Source: a virus. Taken from it: 64,000 bases of DNA. The stretch is from the IMG/VR virus record IMGVR_UViG_3300032214_001462, positions 1 to 64,000 of that record, one strand, 5' to 3'. Positions 26,385-34,265 of the stretch are shown here, one piece after another. Below the pieces are notes generated by a model that worked only from the letters and a program-made list of their open reading frames with translations, ran no database searches and had not been told where the DNA came from. The position numbers and the translations under genes are program-made. Each line of letters opens with the position of its first letter. The first letter of the stretch is position 1.

Positions 26385-27296
26385 ATGCAACCTCCTATTC
26401 CTGGACTTGAATCTTATTTATCTTCCGGCGCTGGTGGCGGTATGTCCGGAGGAGCAGGCAATTACGACCCCAGGATTAGGGAGTTACTTGCCAAAGGCGT
26501 AGATCCACGTGTCATTCGTACGCTTGGCACTGAAAATGCAGGACGAACCGTCCAAGGTGCAAAGGGCACACAAGAGTTTCTTGGTAATTTTGTAAGTGGT
26601 TTAGGCGCCCTTCCTGTTGGCCGCTTATCGCTTGTTGGCGGCCTTGTTGGTCCTGCAATGACTGCTGTAGAAGAAGCACAGGCTGGACGTCCAACCGGCG
26701 CCGTAGGTGCATTAGGCGGCGGTGCCCTTGGCGCAGCTGGCGGCTTAGCTTTGGGACGAGTTGCCTTAGGTGGTCTTGCAAAAACAGGCGGTTTACCCGG
26801 ACTTATTGGTAAAGTTGGTCAGGCAGCACTTCCTGCTATCGGTGGCCTTTTAGGCGCTCCTGTTGGCGCACAGGCAGCTGAATCTTTCCGTCAGAAAGCA
26901 ACAGGTGAGCCCACAAAAGGAAAAGAAGGTGAGTTCAGTACTCAACTTGCCATGGCAGGGCAGATCAATGAGCTTGGCGCTACACAATACCGTGATCAGC
27001 TTGGCACCTACACAGGAGCAGTGCGTGATCTCCAACGTGATATTTCCAACCAACAGTTTTTAGATCTCCAGCGCAATATTCCTCTTATCGAGAAGATGAA
27101 GAATAATGAGCTGATTCGTCAGCAAGCTCTTCTCAATACCCAAGGTCAGCTGCAAAGCCAGCTTGGTGTTCTTGCAACAGCAGGTGCCCTGGCCCAAGGT
27201 GCACAGGCTGAAACAGGCGCAACGCTGCGTTCTGCTTTAACCTCTGCTCCTTACGCTGGCTCCGTACTTCAGGCTCCCCAAATTCGCTTCGGGTGA
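26385..27296 (+). CDS. Gly-zipper protein (candidate ejection/pilot protein)
   Basis: GxxxG-rich region followed by Gln-rich coiled coil. Confidence 0.6.
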   Translation: MQPPIPGLESYLSSGAGGGMSGGAGNYDPRIRELLAKGVDPRVIRTLGTENAGRTVQGAKGTQEFLGNFVSGLGALPVGRLSLVGGLVGPAMTAVEEAQAGRPTGAVGALGGGALGAAGGLALGRVALGGLAKTGGLPGLIGKVGQAALPAIGGLLGAPVGAQAAESFRQKATGEPTKGKEGEFSTQLAMAGQINELGATQYRDQLGTYTGAVRDLQRDISNQQFLDLQRNIPLIEKMKNNELIRQQALLNTQGQLQSQLGVLATAGALAQGAQAETGATLRSALTSAPYAGSVLQAPQIRFG

Positions 27297-27301
27297 TAGC
27301 A

Positions 27302-27784
27302 ATGCAAAAGTATAATTTTCCGAATTATTCGGCAGCAGCATTTAAGGGCGGCCCAGTCATGGGTACCACTCAGCCCATGCAGGCAATGCAGCCAGTACCC
27401 CTTGCTGGAAGGTACGGGGAAGTGATGCCAGAAAAGACTAAATCCCAAGAAGTAAAAGAACAGCTTTCAGAGCTTGGTATTGATACTTCCACTCCAATCG
27501 GCAGCGCATTAGCTGTCAATCTTTTCCAACGTGCCCAAGAAAACGATATTGGAAAAGTTAAAGAGCAAGGCGAGTACTTTAAAGGTTTAATGAATGAGAT
27601 GGCAGATGCCGCTCAAAAACGTGCGATGGAAGCAAATGTTTTTGCTGGCATCATCAACCTACCTAACCAATTCTCTCGTGCAATGGCAGAGAAATATAGG
27701 TACTTCCCTGAGACAATGGAAGTGGTAGCGCAAGGCATCCGTCCAGGTACCTCGTTTGCTAACCGCCAATACATCAATCTTTAA
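27302..27784 (+). CDS. Hypothetical protein
   Basis: ORF track. Confidence 0.6.
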   Translation: MQKYNFPNYSAAAFKGGPVMGTTQPMQAMQPVPLAGRYGEVMPEKTKSQEVKEQLSELGIDTSTPIGSALAVNLFQRAQENDIGKVKEQGEYFKGLMNEMADAAQKRAMEANVFAGIINLPNQFSRAMAEKYRYFPETMEVVAQGIRPGTSFANRQYINL

Positions 27785-27796
27785 TAGGTAAACGTC

Positions 27797-28198
27797 ATGT
27801 CTTTATTTGGCTTTGATCTTGCTTCTCAAGGAATTAATCTTGCACCTGGTGCAGCAGGCGCATTATCTGGCGGTGGAAGCGGCGGTTTTGGCAGCTTCTT
27901 TAGCGGTGGTAACGGCCTTGGCTTTTTAACTGCTGCTAATTCGGCATTATCTGGTTTAGCGCAAGCGAATGCAAACCAATCTGCCGAAAACCAACTTGCT
28001 GCTGCAAATGCAGTATTTGATGCAAACTTTGGTAAGGATATATTCTCTTCTAACTTAGATTACTTCCGGCAAAAGGAAGCTCCTGCCTGGGCCGCCAAGT
28101 TTGCGGTGAATGATCCTTTCTATCGTCAGCAACGTACGATGCAAGGTCTTCCTGAACTTGCGGGACGTTATGGCCGTTTCGGCGCATTTGTATCGTAA
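27797..28198 (+). CDS. Hypothetical Gly/Ala-rich protein
   Basis: ORF track. Confidence 0.6.
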   Translation: MSLFGFDLASQGINLAPGAAGALSGGGSGGFGSFFSGGNGLGFLTAANSALSGLAQANANQSAENQLAAANAVFDANFGKDIFSSNLDYFRQKEAPAWAAKFAVNDPFYRQQRTMQGLPELAGRYGRFGAFVS

Positions 28199-28247
28199 GT
28201 TCTCTTCCGCTAAAATAAAAAACAAGAGCAATAATAGGTCGTTTTAG

Positions 28248-28877
28248 ATGGCATTTCCTTTAGCTGCTGTTGCGGGAGGCCTTGCAACTAGCCTTGGTGG
28301 ATCCCTGGCAGGATCTCTTTTTGGTGGCGGTGGGACAGAGTTCCAGCCGTCTGAAACGATGCAAGCCCTAAGTGATTACGGCTTGGGACAACTTAAGGCA
28401 AGTAAAGCGCAGAAAAAGAGCCTTAAATCTCAATTTAGAAATCTAATTGAAGAAGGTAATAGAGGTGGCGCAGAAGCATTTCTATCTTCTTATAGGGATC
28501 GCTTTGCTAATCCAAAGTTTATTGATAAAGCATTAGGAAAAAGCTATAAGCAAGATGTTAATTACGACACCAGCCAATTCTTTAATGTGGCTGATCGTGT
28601 GTTTAATCAAGCAGGCGTAGGCTTCTCTGGTGAAGACTATCAAAACTTTGCAGAACAAGCAAAGGCCTTTGGTATCCGCAGCCCCCAAGCTTTCCAAGAC
28701 ATGTTAAAGCAAGACTTGATTGCTTCCGGTAAGATCATGACTCCGGAGCAAGAAAGGCTTTCTTATATGTTTGGCATGCCATCTCGTGATGCATCAGGCA
28801 TGATTACAAACATGTACAAGCCGTTGCGTCGTATTGATGGCAACGCAATTGCACAAGGCGTACCCGGCACCTTTTAA
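28248..28877 (+). CDS. Candidate ejection protein
   Basis: N-terminal MAFPLAAVAGGL...GSLFGGGG, typical of pilot proteins. Confidence 0.55.
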   Translation: MAFPLAAVAGGLATSLGGSLAGSLFGGGGTEFQPSETMQALSDYGLGQLKASKAQKKSLKSQFRNLIEEGNRGGAEAFLSSYRDRFANPKFIDKALGKSYKQDVNYDTSQFFNVADRVFNQAGVGFSGEDYQNFAEQAKAFGIRSPQAFQDMLKQDLIASGKIMTPEQERLSYMFGMPSRDASGMITNMYKPLRRIDGNAIAQGVPGTF

Positions 28878-28908
28878 TATTTAAATAGTATTTAATGAGA
28901 GCGTAAAA

Positions 28909-29964
28909 ATGGCTAAAGACAATAAGAAAAATAATCAAGCAGTTAATCCTTTGATTGCCTACGCTCAGCAAATGGCTGGCGGCGGTGGCAATAAAGGAGG
29001 CGGTGGCGGTGGCGGCAATAAAGGCGGTGGCGGTGGCAATAAGAATAATGGTGGCGGTGGCAATAAGAATAATGGTGGCGGTGGCGGTAACAAAGGAGGC
29101 GGTGGCGGCAATAAAGGCGGTGGCGGTGGCGGCAATAAAGGAGGTGGAGGAGGCAATAAAAACAACGAACAGACAAAAGCAGAGTCACGAGAAAGAATCA
29201 AACAGAAAGCTGCAGCTGGTATCTCTTTAGCTCAGATTAAACAAAGTAAAGCAGGACAAAACGTTAATCCTGGCAAAGTAAAGGAGCTTTTTAATGCGTT
29301 CACTACCATCGAAGGTGGTGGCGGTGGCGGTGGCGGTGGCGGTGGAGGAGGAAACAGAGGCGGCGGTGGCGGAAACAGAGGTGGTGGCGGCGGTCGCAAT
29401 AATGGCGGTGGCGGCGGCGGTGGTGGCGGTGGTGGTACCCCTGTTGACACCTCAGGTGGTGGCGGCGCAACAGGTGGCGGTGGAGCTGCAGGAACTGATT
29501 TTGCGACCATCTTTGAAAACTTAAGTACAGCTCAAGAAAACCTTGCTAATATTCAAGGTGGCTTTAGTGTTCAAGCCGCACAGATTGGCGCTGATGCTAC
29601 CGTTGCATCTGCTGGTTTAAGAGCTGATGCTGATAAAGAAGTAGCTAAAGCGTACGCTGATGCTCAGAAGTTTTCCGCTGACCGTGGCCTGGAAGGCACC
29701 AAATATGTTGCCGACCGTGAGTCTGAGTGGCGCCAAGCAGTCGCTAACATTGAAGTAAAAGGTCGCCTGGATCTCCAACCAATCATTAATGCGGGTATCC
29801 AACGAGTGGCCGAGATTGAAGGCGCTACTCAGCGTGATGTCGCTGATATCACTGGTAAATTCAACCTGGCATCTACAAAGGCTCGTACTGATGCGGATGA
29901 AAGAATCAGCAAGGTACAGCTTGCCGGTAACTTATATGGCCTGATTAATTCCGTATTTGGATAA
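28909..29964 (+). CDS. Poly-glycine repeat protein
   Basis: GGGG(N)K and GGGGNR repeats in two tracts; helical C-terminus. Confidence 0.7.
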   Translation: MAKDNKKNNQAVNPLIAYAQQMAGGGGNKGGGGGGGNKGGGGGNKNNGGGGNKNNGGGGGNKGGGGGNKGGGGGGNKGGGGGNKNNEQTKAESRERIKQKAAAGISLAQIKQSKAGQNVNPGKVKELFNAFTTIEGGGGGGGGGGGGGNRGGGGGNRGGGGGRNNGGGGGGGGGGGTPVDTSGGGGATGGGGAAGTDFATIFENLSTAQENLANIQGGFSVQAAQIGADATVASAGLRADADKEVAKAYADAQKFSADRGLEGTKYVADRESEWRQAVANIEVKGRLDLQPIINAGIQRVAEIEGATQRDVADITGKFNLASTKARTDADERISKVQLAGNLYGLINSVFG

Positions 29965-30001
29965 TATTGTTTAAAATATAAGGAGACGGATTGATCTAAC
30001 T

Positions 30002-30181
30002 ATGACTAGTAGCGTACCCACTGGCCAAAGCGGTGCTGATGACTTTTTTGACATCGATAAGTTTCAGCAGCTTCTCGATCGATTAGAAGGCTCTAAAGGC
30101 CGTCAGCGTCGTCAAGAAGGCCTTGAGGGCCGGCGTAATATCTTTACGCAGGGTCTCGCCAGCATGATGAGCAACTTCTGA
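30002..30181 (+). CDS. MTSSVP paralog 1 (59 aa)
   Basis: Manual translation; tandem duplicate of 30202-30381. Confidence 0.75.
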   Translation: MTSSVPTGQSGADDFFDIDKFQQLLDRLEGSKGRQRRQEGLEGRRNIFTQGLASMMSNF

Positions 30182-30201
30182 TCTTTTAAAAGGTTTTAAC
30201 A

Positions 30202-30381
30202 ATGACTAGTAGCGTACCCGCCGGACAAAGCGGCGCAGATGACTTTTTTGATATCAACAAGTTCCAGCAGCTTCTTGATCGTCTCGAGGGATCAAAAGGT
30301 CGTCAGCGTCGTCAAGAAGGTCTTGAGAGCCGCCGTGACATTTTTGCTCAAGGCCTTTCAAGCATGATGAGCAACTTCTGA
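30202..30381 (+). CDS. MTSSVP paralog 2 (59 aa)
   Basis: Differences from paralog 1 are mostly synonymous. Confidence 0.75.
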   Translation: MTSSVPAGQSGADDFFDINKFQQLLDRLEGSKGRQRRQEGLESRRDIFAQGLSSMMSNF

Positions 30382-30405
30382 TTTACTATTGGAGAATAAA
30401 AAGCC

Positions 30406-30654
30406 ATGACTAGCAGCGTACCTGCAGGTCAATCTGATCTAGACGATTATTTTGACCTAGACAAATACAAACAAGCTGCTGAAGTGGCTTATAGTTTTTC
30501 CAAGAAAAAAATCGAAGATGCTGGAACCCAAGAACGTGAAACTATCGGCAAAGGGGCCCAAGAACAAAGGACCTCTGCCGAGCAAGCACAGCGGTTCCGA
30601 GATACAGACGAAGCAAGGGATTCAGCTCAGGCCCAACGAGCGTATCGATATTGA
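30406..30654 (+). CDS. MTSSVP paralog 3 (shared N-terminus only)
   Basis: MTSSVPAGQSDLDDYFDLDKY. Confidence 0.7.
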   Translation: MTSSVPAGQSDLDDYFDLDKYKQAAEVAYSFSKKKIEDAGTQERETIGKGAQEQRTSAEQAQRFRDTDEARDSAQAQRAYRY

Positions 30655-31144
30655 GATATTTGACCAGTGGGTCGATAACTTAACATCTGCAGAACAAGAA
30701 GCATTCAATATTTTTGCCGAAGAAAATTATTCGGTAATTGAGTGCTTCTTATATGCGCGTTTCCTTGGTTACAACGGAAGTATTATCCCATGTGAACTAT
30801 GGGTTAAACAGCTGTACCCAAAGCCAGATCATCGCAAAACACTTCTATATGAAGTGGAAGAGATGCAAGAAGATATCCGTAAGTTACGTGAAGACGTTGA
30901 TAACGGTGTTGTAAAAAGAGATGCGGGCGTTGCACGTATTGCCTCTATGCAGAAAGAGCTACGTGGAACGATTGCTCAGATAGAACAGGCGACAGCTGGT
31001 CGTGATCGCAAAGGCTTGTTAATGGCTGGTGCAGATAGAGCCATACGTGAATTAATGTCTGTCTTTAAGGATGATCCCATTGAACTCCCCCTTGAAGAAG
31101 CGTCAATGAGTGTCTGGGCTAAAATGCAGTTTGAAGAAGGTTAG
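30518..31144 (+). CDS. Putative terminase small subunit (start uncertain)
   Basis: Helical coiled-coil protein upstream of TerL; positional inference. Confidence 0.4.
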   Translation: MLEPKNVKLSAKGPKNKGPLPSKHSGSEIQTKQGIQLRPNERIDIEIFDQWVDNLTSAEQEAFNIFAEENYSVIECFLYARFLGYNGSIIPCELWVKQLYPKPDHRKTLLYEVEEMQEDIRKLREDVDNGVVKRDAGVARIASMQKELRGTIAQIEQATAGRDRKGLLMAGADRAIRELMSVFKDDPIELPLEEASMSVWAKMQFEEG

Positions 31145-31154
31145 TTAATTAAAA

Positions 31155-31508
31155 ATGGATTTAAATCAACAAGCTATTCCCGCAGGTGATGAGCGTCTCG
31201 CTGGTAGCTTGATGAATGTTGTTTTAACATTACAAAAAAACCGTCGACGTGGTATTGATAGTTCAACGCCAAGTCTTAAAGGATCGCCGCAAGAAGGCGC
31301 AGAAGTATTAGGCGCTGTGCGCGATCAAAAACAAAATGAACAAAAAGAAAATGCCACCGGAACTCCTGGAGCACTTCCGCAAGAACGAGGCCAAGAGGGA
31401 GGACGGCAGCGAGATGTCGGACAAGGAGAAGAGGAAAGCGGCATTGGACAAAGCTCGCAAGTACAAGGAGCAGACAAAATGAGGCAATATGGAAGAAAAA
31501 TGATGTAG
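31155..31508 (+). CDS. Hypothetical protein
   Basis: ORF track. Confidence 0.5.
   Translation: MDLNQQAIPAGDERLAGSLMNVVLTLQKNRRRGIDSSTPSLKGSPQEGAEVLGAVRDQKQNEQKENATGTPGALPQERGQEGGRQRDVGQGEEESGIGQSSQVQGADKMRQYGRKMM
31336..31482 (+). CDS. Nested small charged protein (48 aa)
   Basis: Manual translation MNKKKMPPELLEHFRKNEAKREDG...KYKEQTK. Confidence 0.5.
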   Translation: MNKKKMPPELLEHFRKNEAKREDGSEMSDKEKRKAALDKARKYKEQTK

Positions 31509-31538
31509 CATTCAGTAACTAATTAGATAGTTAATCAA

Positions 31539-33065
31539 GTGCCGTCTTATCAACACCTTGCTTACCGTCGTAACGCTAGGGCAGCGGCACAAAAACAACA
31601 GTTACGTCCCCCCAAGAATGCTGCGAGTATTCAGAAAGCTCGCGATGATTTTGGTTTCTTTTGTGAGTATGTAGCCGATAAGCCACCTGCTGAACACCAT
31701 CAACATTGGCATCGCCATTTCATTACAGATCAAGATAGTACTTGCCTCATAAAAATTGCAGGTCCCAATGTTGACTTGCTTGCTCCACGGGGTTCTGCAA
31801 AATCTACAGTCCTTGGACTTTTAACTGCATGGGCAATTGGAGTTCATACACATGCCAGGATGCCACTGCAGATCCTGTATCTCTCCTATACCGTTGACAT
31901 TGCTCGATCAAAGTCCGCAACAATTAAAAGGATCATTGAAAGCAAGCGCTATCAAGAAGTTTTCCCAAAAGTAAGGCTTTTGAAAAATGTCACCAGTAAT
32001 GAGTACTGGTCCATTGATCACAAGTTTGCTGGTATTGATACTACAGGTGAAGAGCAGTTCACCCTTTGCGCTGCTGGTCTAAAAGGATCTGTGACTTCGA
32101 AGCGTTCTCATCTTGTCATGATCGATGACGCCATTAAGTCTGCAGCTGATATTGCTAATCCTGATATCAGGAAGCAGATGCAAGAAAACTGGAATGCAGT
32201 GATTGCACCAACAATGTTTGAAGGGGCCAGGGCCATCTGCCTTGGTACGCGCTTTAGACATGATGATATTCATGCAACAACTTTTAACGAGCAAAATAAT
32301 TGGCAGCAGATCGTTCTTTCTGCAATCCTTAATGATCCAAAAACAGGAGATGAAAAATCATACTGGCCCGAGATGTGGTCACTTGATTACCTAAAAGAAA
32401 AGAAGAGGCAAGCACCTATTGCTTTTTCTTTCCAATATATGAATCAAGTGATTAGGCAAAATGAGCTGTCACTTGCACCTGAACTAATTGTTAAAGCTGA
32501 AATTGCAACTGAGTTTGACACGCTTGGAATAGGTGTTGACTTGTCTGCTGGCACCAAGGAGAAGAATGACTATACGGTGATGATTCTTGGCGGACGCATC
32601 GGAGATCAGATTCATATTATTGATTACCGACGTATACGCGTCATGGGAAATCTAGAAAAACTTGATCAATTAAAAGAACTTCTCAATGATTGGTCAATTC
32701 TTGGAAAGGATGAAAACGGTCTTTACTACCCAACACACTCAACGTGTGACATTTGGAGTGAAGCAGTCCAATACCAAGCATCTCTGGAAGCCGACTTTAA
32801 GAGAGTGTGTCTTAACGGAGAGGGACTCTGGAATTTGATCTGGCACCCTGTCAAAGGATTCCGTGCGGATAAGCTTGCACGTTTTCGTGGTTGCATGGGC
32901 TTATTTGAAGAAAGAAAAATTATTTTTAATCGTTATCGCAATTTCACAGCCATGTTTGAAGAGCTGACTAACTTTGGAGTCAGTAGTCATGATGACACGG
33001 TGGATGCTTTGGTTTGGTTAATTACAGGTCTAATGAGAAAAGGACAGCTTCACATTGATTACTAA
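31539..33065 (+). CDS. terL: Terminase large subunit
   Basis: Walker A APRGSAKST, Walker B MIDD, LGTRF, nuclease GVDL and HDDTVDA. Confidence 0.93.
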   Translation: MPSYQHLAYRRNARAAAQKQQLRPPKNAASIQKARDDFGFFCEYVADKPPAEHHQHWHRHFITDQDSTCLIKIAGPNVDLLAPRGSAKSTVLGLLTAWAIGVHTHARMPLQILYLSYTVDIARSKSATIKRIIESKRYQEVFPKVRLLKNVTSNEYWSIDHKFAGIDTTGEEQFTLCAAGLKGSVTSKRSHLVMIDDAIKSAADIANPDIRKQMQENWNAVIAPTMFEGARAICLGTRFRHDDIHATTFNEQNNWQQIVLSAILNDPKTGDEKSYWPEMWSLDYLKEKKRQAPIAFSFQYMNQVIRQNELSLAPELIVKAEIATEFDTLGIGVDLSAGTKEKNDYTVMILGGRIGDQIHIIDYRRIRVMGNLEKLDQLKELLNDWSILGKDENGLYYPTHSTCDIWSEAVQYQASLEADFKRVCLNGEGLWNLIWHPVKGFRADKLARFRGCMGLFEERKIIFNRYRNFTAMFEELTNFGVSSHDDTVDALVWLITGLMRKGQLHIDY

Positions 33066-33096
33066 CTTTTAGAATTAGGAAAAGCATTTTTTTCTG

Positions 33097-33393
33097 GTGG
33101 GACCTGAATACGTTGCCATTGGCTTAACAGCTATTATTTCATCTATTACCGGCGGCGGTTGGGCCGCCTCAAAAATACTTAGCCGCTACAACGATCAAGT
33201 ACAACAAGCCTTCAGCTATATTGGATCACAGAAACGAAGGATTGATGTTTTGGAAGAAGATCTTAAGCGCCTCCCAATGGACTATGTACTTAAGGTTGAT
33301 TTCTTAAGAGAAATTCAAGACATGCACAATAATTTTCGTGAGATCAACAATAAACTTGATAAACTAATCGAAAAGATGTTATCAAGCAAATGA
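33097..33393 (+). CDS. Membrane-anchored coiled-coil protein
   Basis: N-terminal TM helix; YVLKVDF...NKLDKL. Confidence 0.6.
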   Translation: MGPEYVAIGLTAIISSITGGGWAASKILSRYNDQVQQAFSYIGSQKRRIDVLEEDLKRLPMDYVLKVDFLREIQDMHNNFREINNKLDKLIEKMLSSK

Positions 33394-33572
33394 GTTACGT
33401 TCTCGAAGTCCAAGAAGATACGAACGGAGATCAGTACATTATTTTGCCAGACGAGATAACCGAAGATCTTGGTTGGCAAGAAGGTGACCTATTGAACTGG
33501 GATGTTCGAAGCAATGGAATTATCCTGAGTAAAGTTAACGACATCTCTGGTTACGAAGTTATAGAAGATTAG
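33390..33572 (+). CDS. AbrB/MazE-like small protein
   Basis: IILPDEITEDLGWQEGDLLNW. Confidence 0.7.
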   Translation: MSYVLEVQEDTNGDQYIILPDEITEDLGWQEGDLLNWDVRSNGIILSKVNDISGYEVIED

Positions 33573-33596
33573 AATAAACAAATTGAAGTAAGTGAA

Positions 33597-34025
33597 ATGA
33601 CTCAAGGTTTTTACGGTGGTTACATGGGTAACGCAGGTGCCATTGATGATTTGGTATACCGAGGAGAGCCTAGGCAGATGATGCCAATGCCGTATTACGG
33701 TGGTGGTATGAATATGCAGCAACTCGCTGGCTTTTATGGGCCAGGGCAGATGTCGACTGATGTGATTAAGGCGAACATCCCAATGGGCCAAATGGCTGGC
33801 GCACCAAGCTTTGATATCAACCGTCGTCCCGGCGCTCTTGGCGAACGCTCTGGTGAACAGCTCAAAAGGATTTATGAAGGCGGCACGCAAGATAATCGGA
33901 AACTAAACGAGGAGTTAATGCGTCGTGGCATTATGCCCGGTGGCCCTAGCTTGCCTATGGCGATGGGTTCACAAATGGGAATGCAGAGCATGCCTGCAGG
34001 TTTCCAAAATAAAATGGTTTATTGA
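33597..34025 (+). CDS. Met/Gly-rich hypothetical protein
   Basis: ORF track; TAGAAT at 33570. Confidence 0.6.
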   Translation: MTQGFYGGYMGNAGAIDDLVYRGEPRQMMPMPYYGGGMNMQQLAGFYGPGQMSTDVIKANIPMGQMAGAPSFDINRRPGALGERSGEQLKRIYEGGTQDNRKLNEELMRRGIMPGGPSLPMAMGSQMGMQSMPAGFQNKMVY

Positions 34026-34041
34026 TTACTAGTTAACTAAA

Positions 34042-34221
34042 ATGGAACCGGAAATCGCAGGCCGCTTTATGTCTGACCTAGAAGCTTTGCAGGCTGTAAG
34101 AGCTCCTCAGTTTCCATTGGAACCTTTTACTACACAAGGAGACATCACTTCTCGACGTCCCTCACGTGTTCCATCGCCAGCAGTATTCGTATCACCTGGA
34201 CCCAAGGGCCCCGGCTTCTAA
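34042..34221 (+). CDS. Small hypothetical protein (59 aa)
   Basis: Manual translation MEPEIAGRFMSDL...; fills the gap before the portal. Confidence 0.45.
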   Translation: MEPEIAGRFMSDLEALQAVRAPQFPLEPFTTQGDITSRRPSRVPSPAVFVSPGPKGPGF

Positions 34222-34265
34222 ATAGTAAAAACTGCTAACATAATTAAAAGTATCAAAGGGGATAG

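Noticed and set aside
28943-29524. Poly-Pro, Arg/His and Ala/Val ORFs
   Set aside because: Alternative frames of the poly-Gly repeat
30002-30381. DGR template/variable repeat pair
   Set aside because: Differences are synonymous and not adenine-specific, both copies are intact ORFs, and no reverse transcriptase is present
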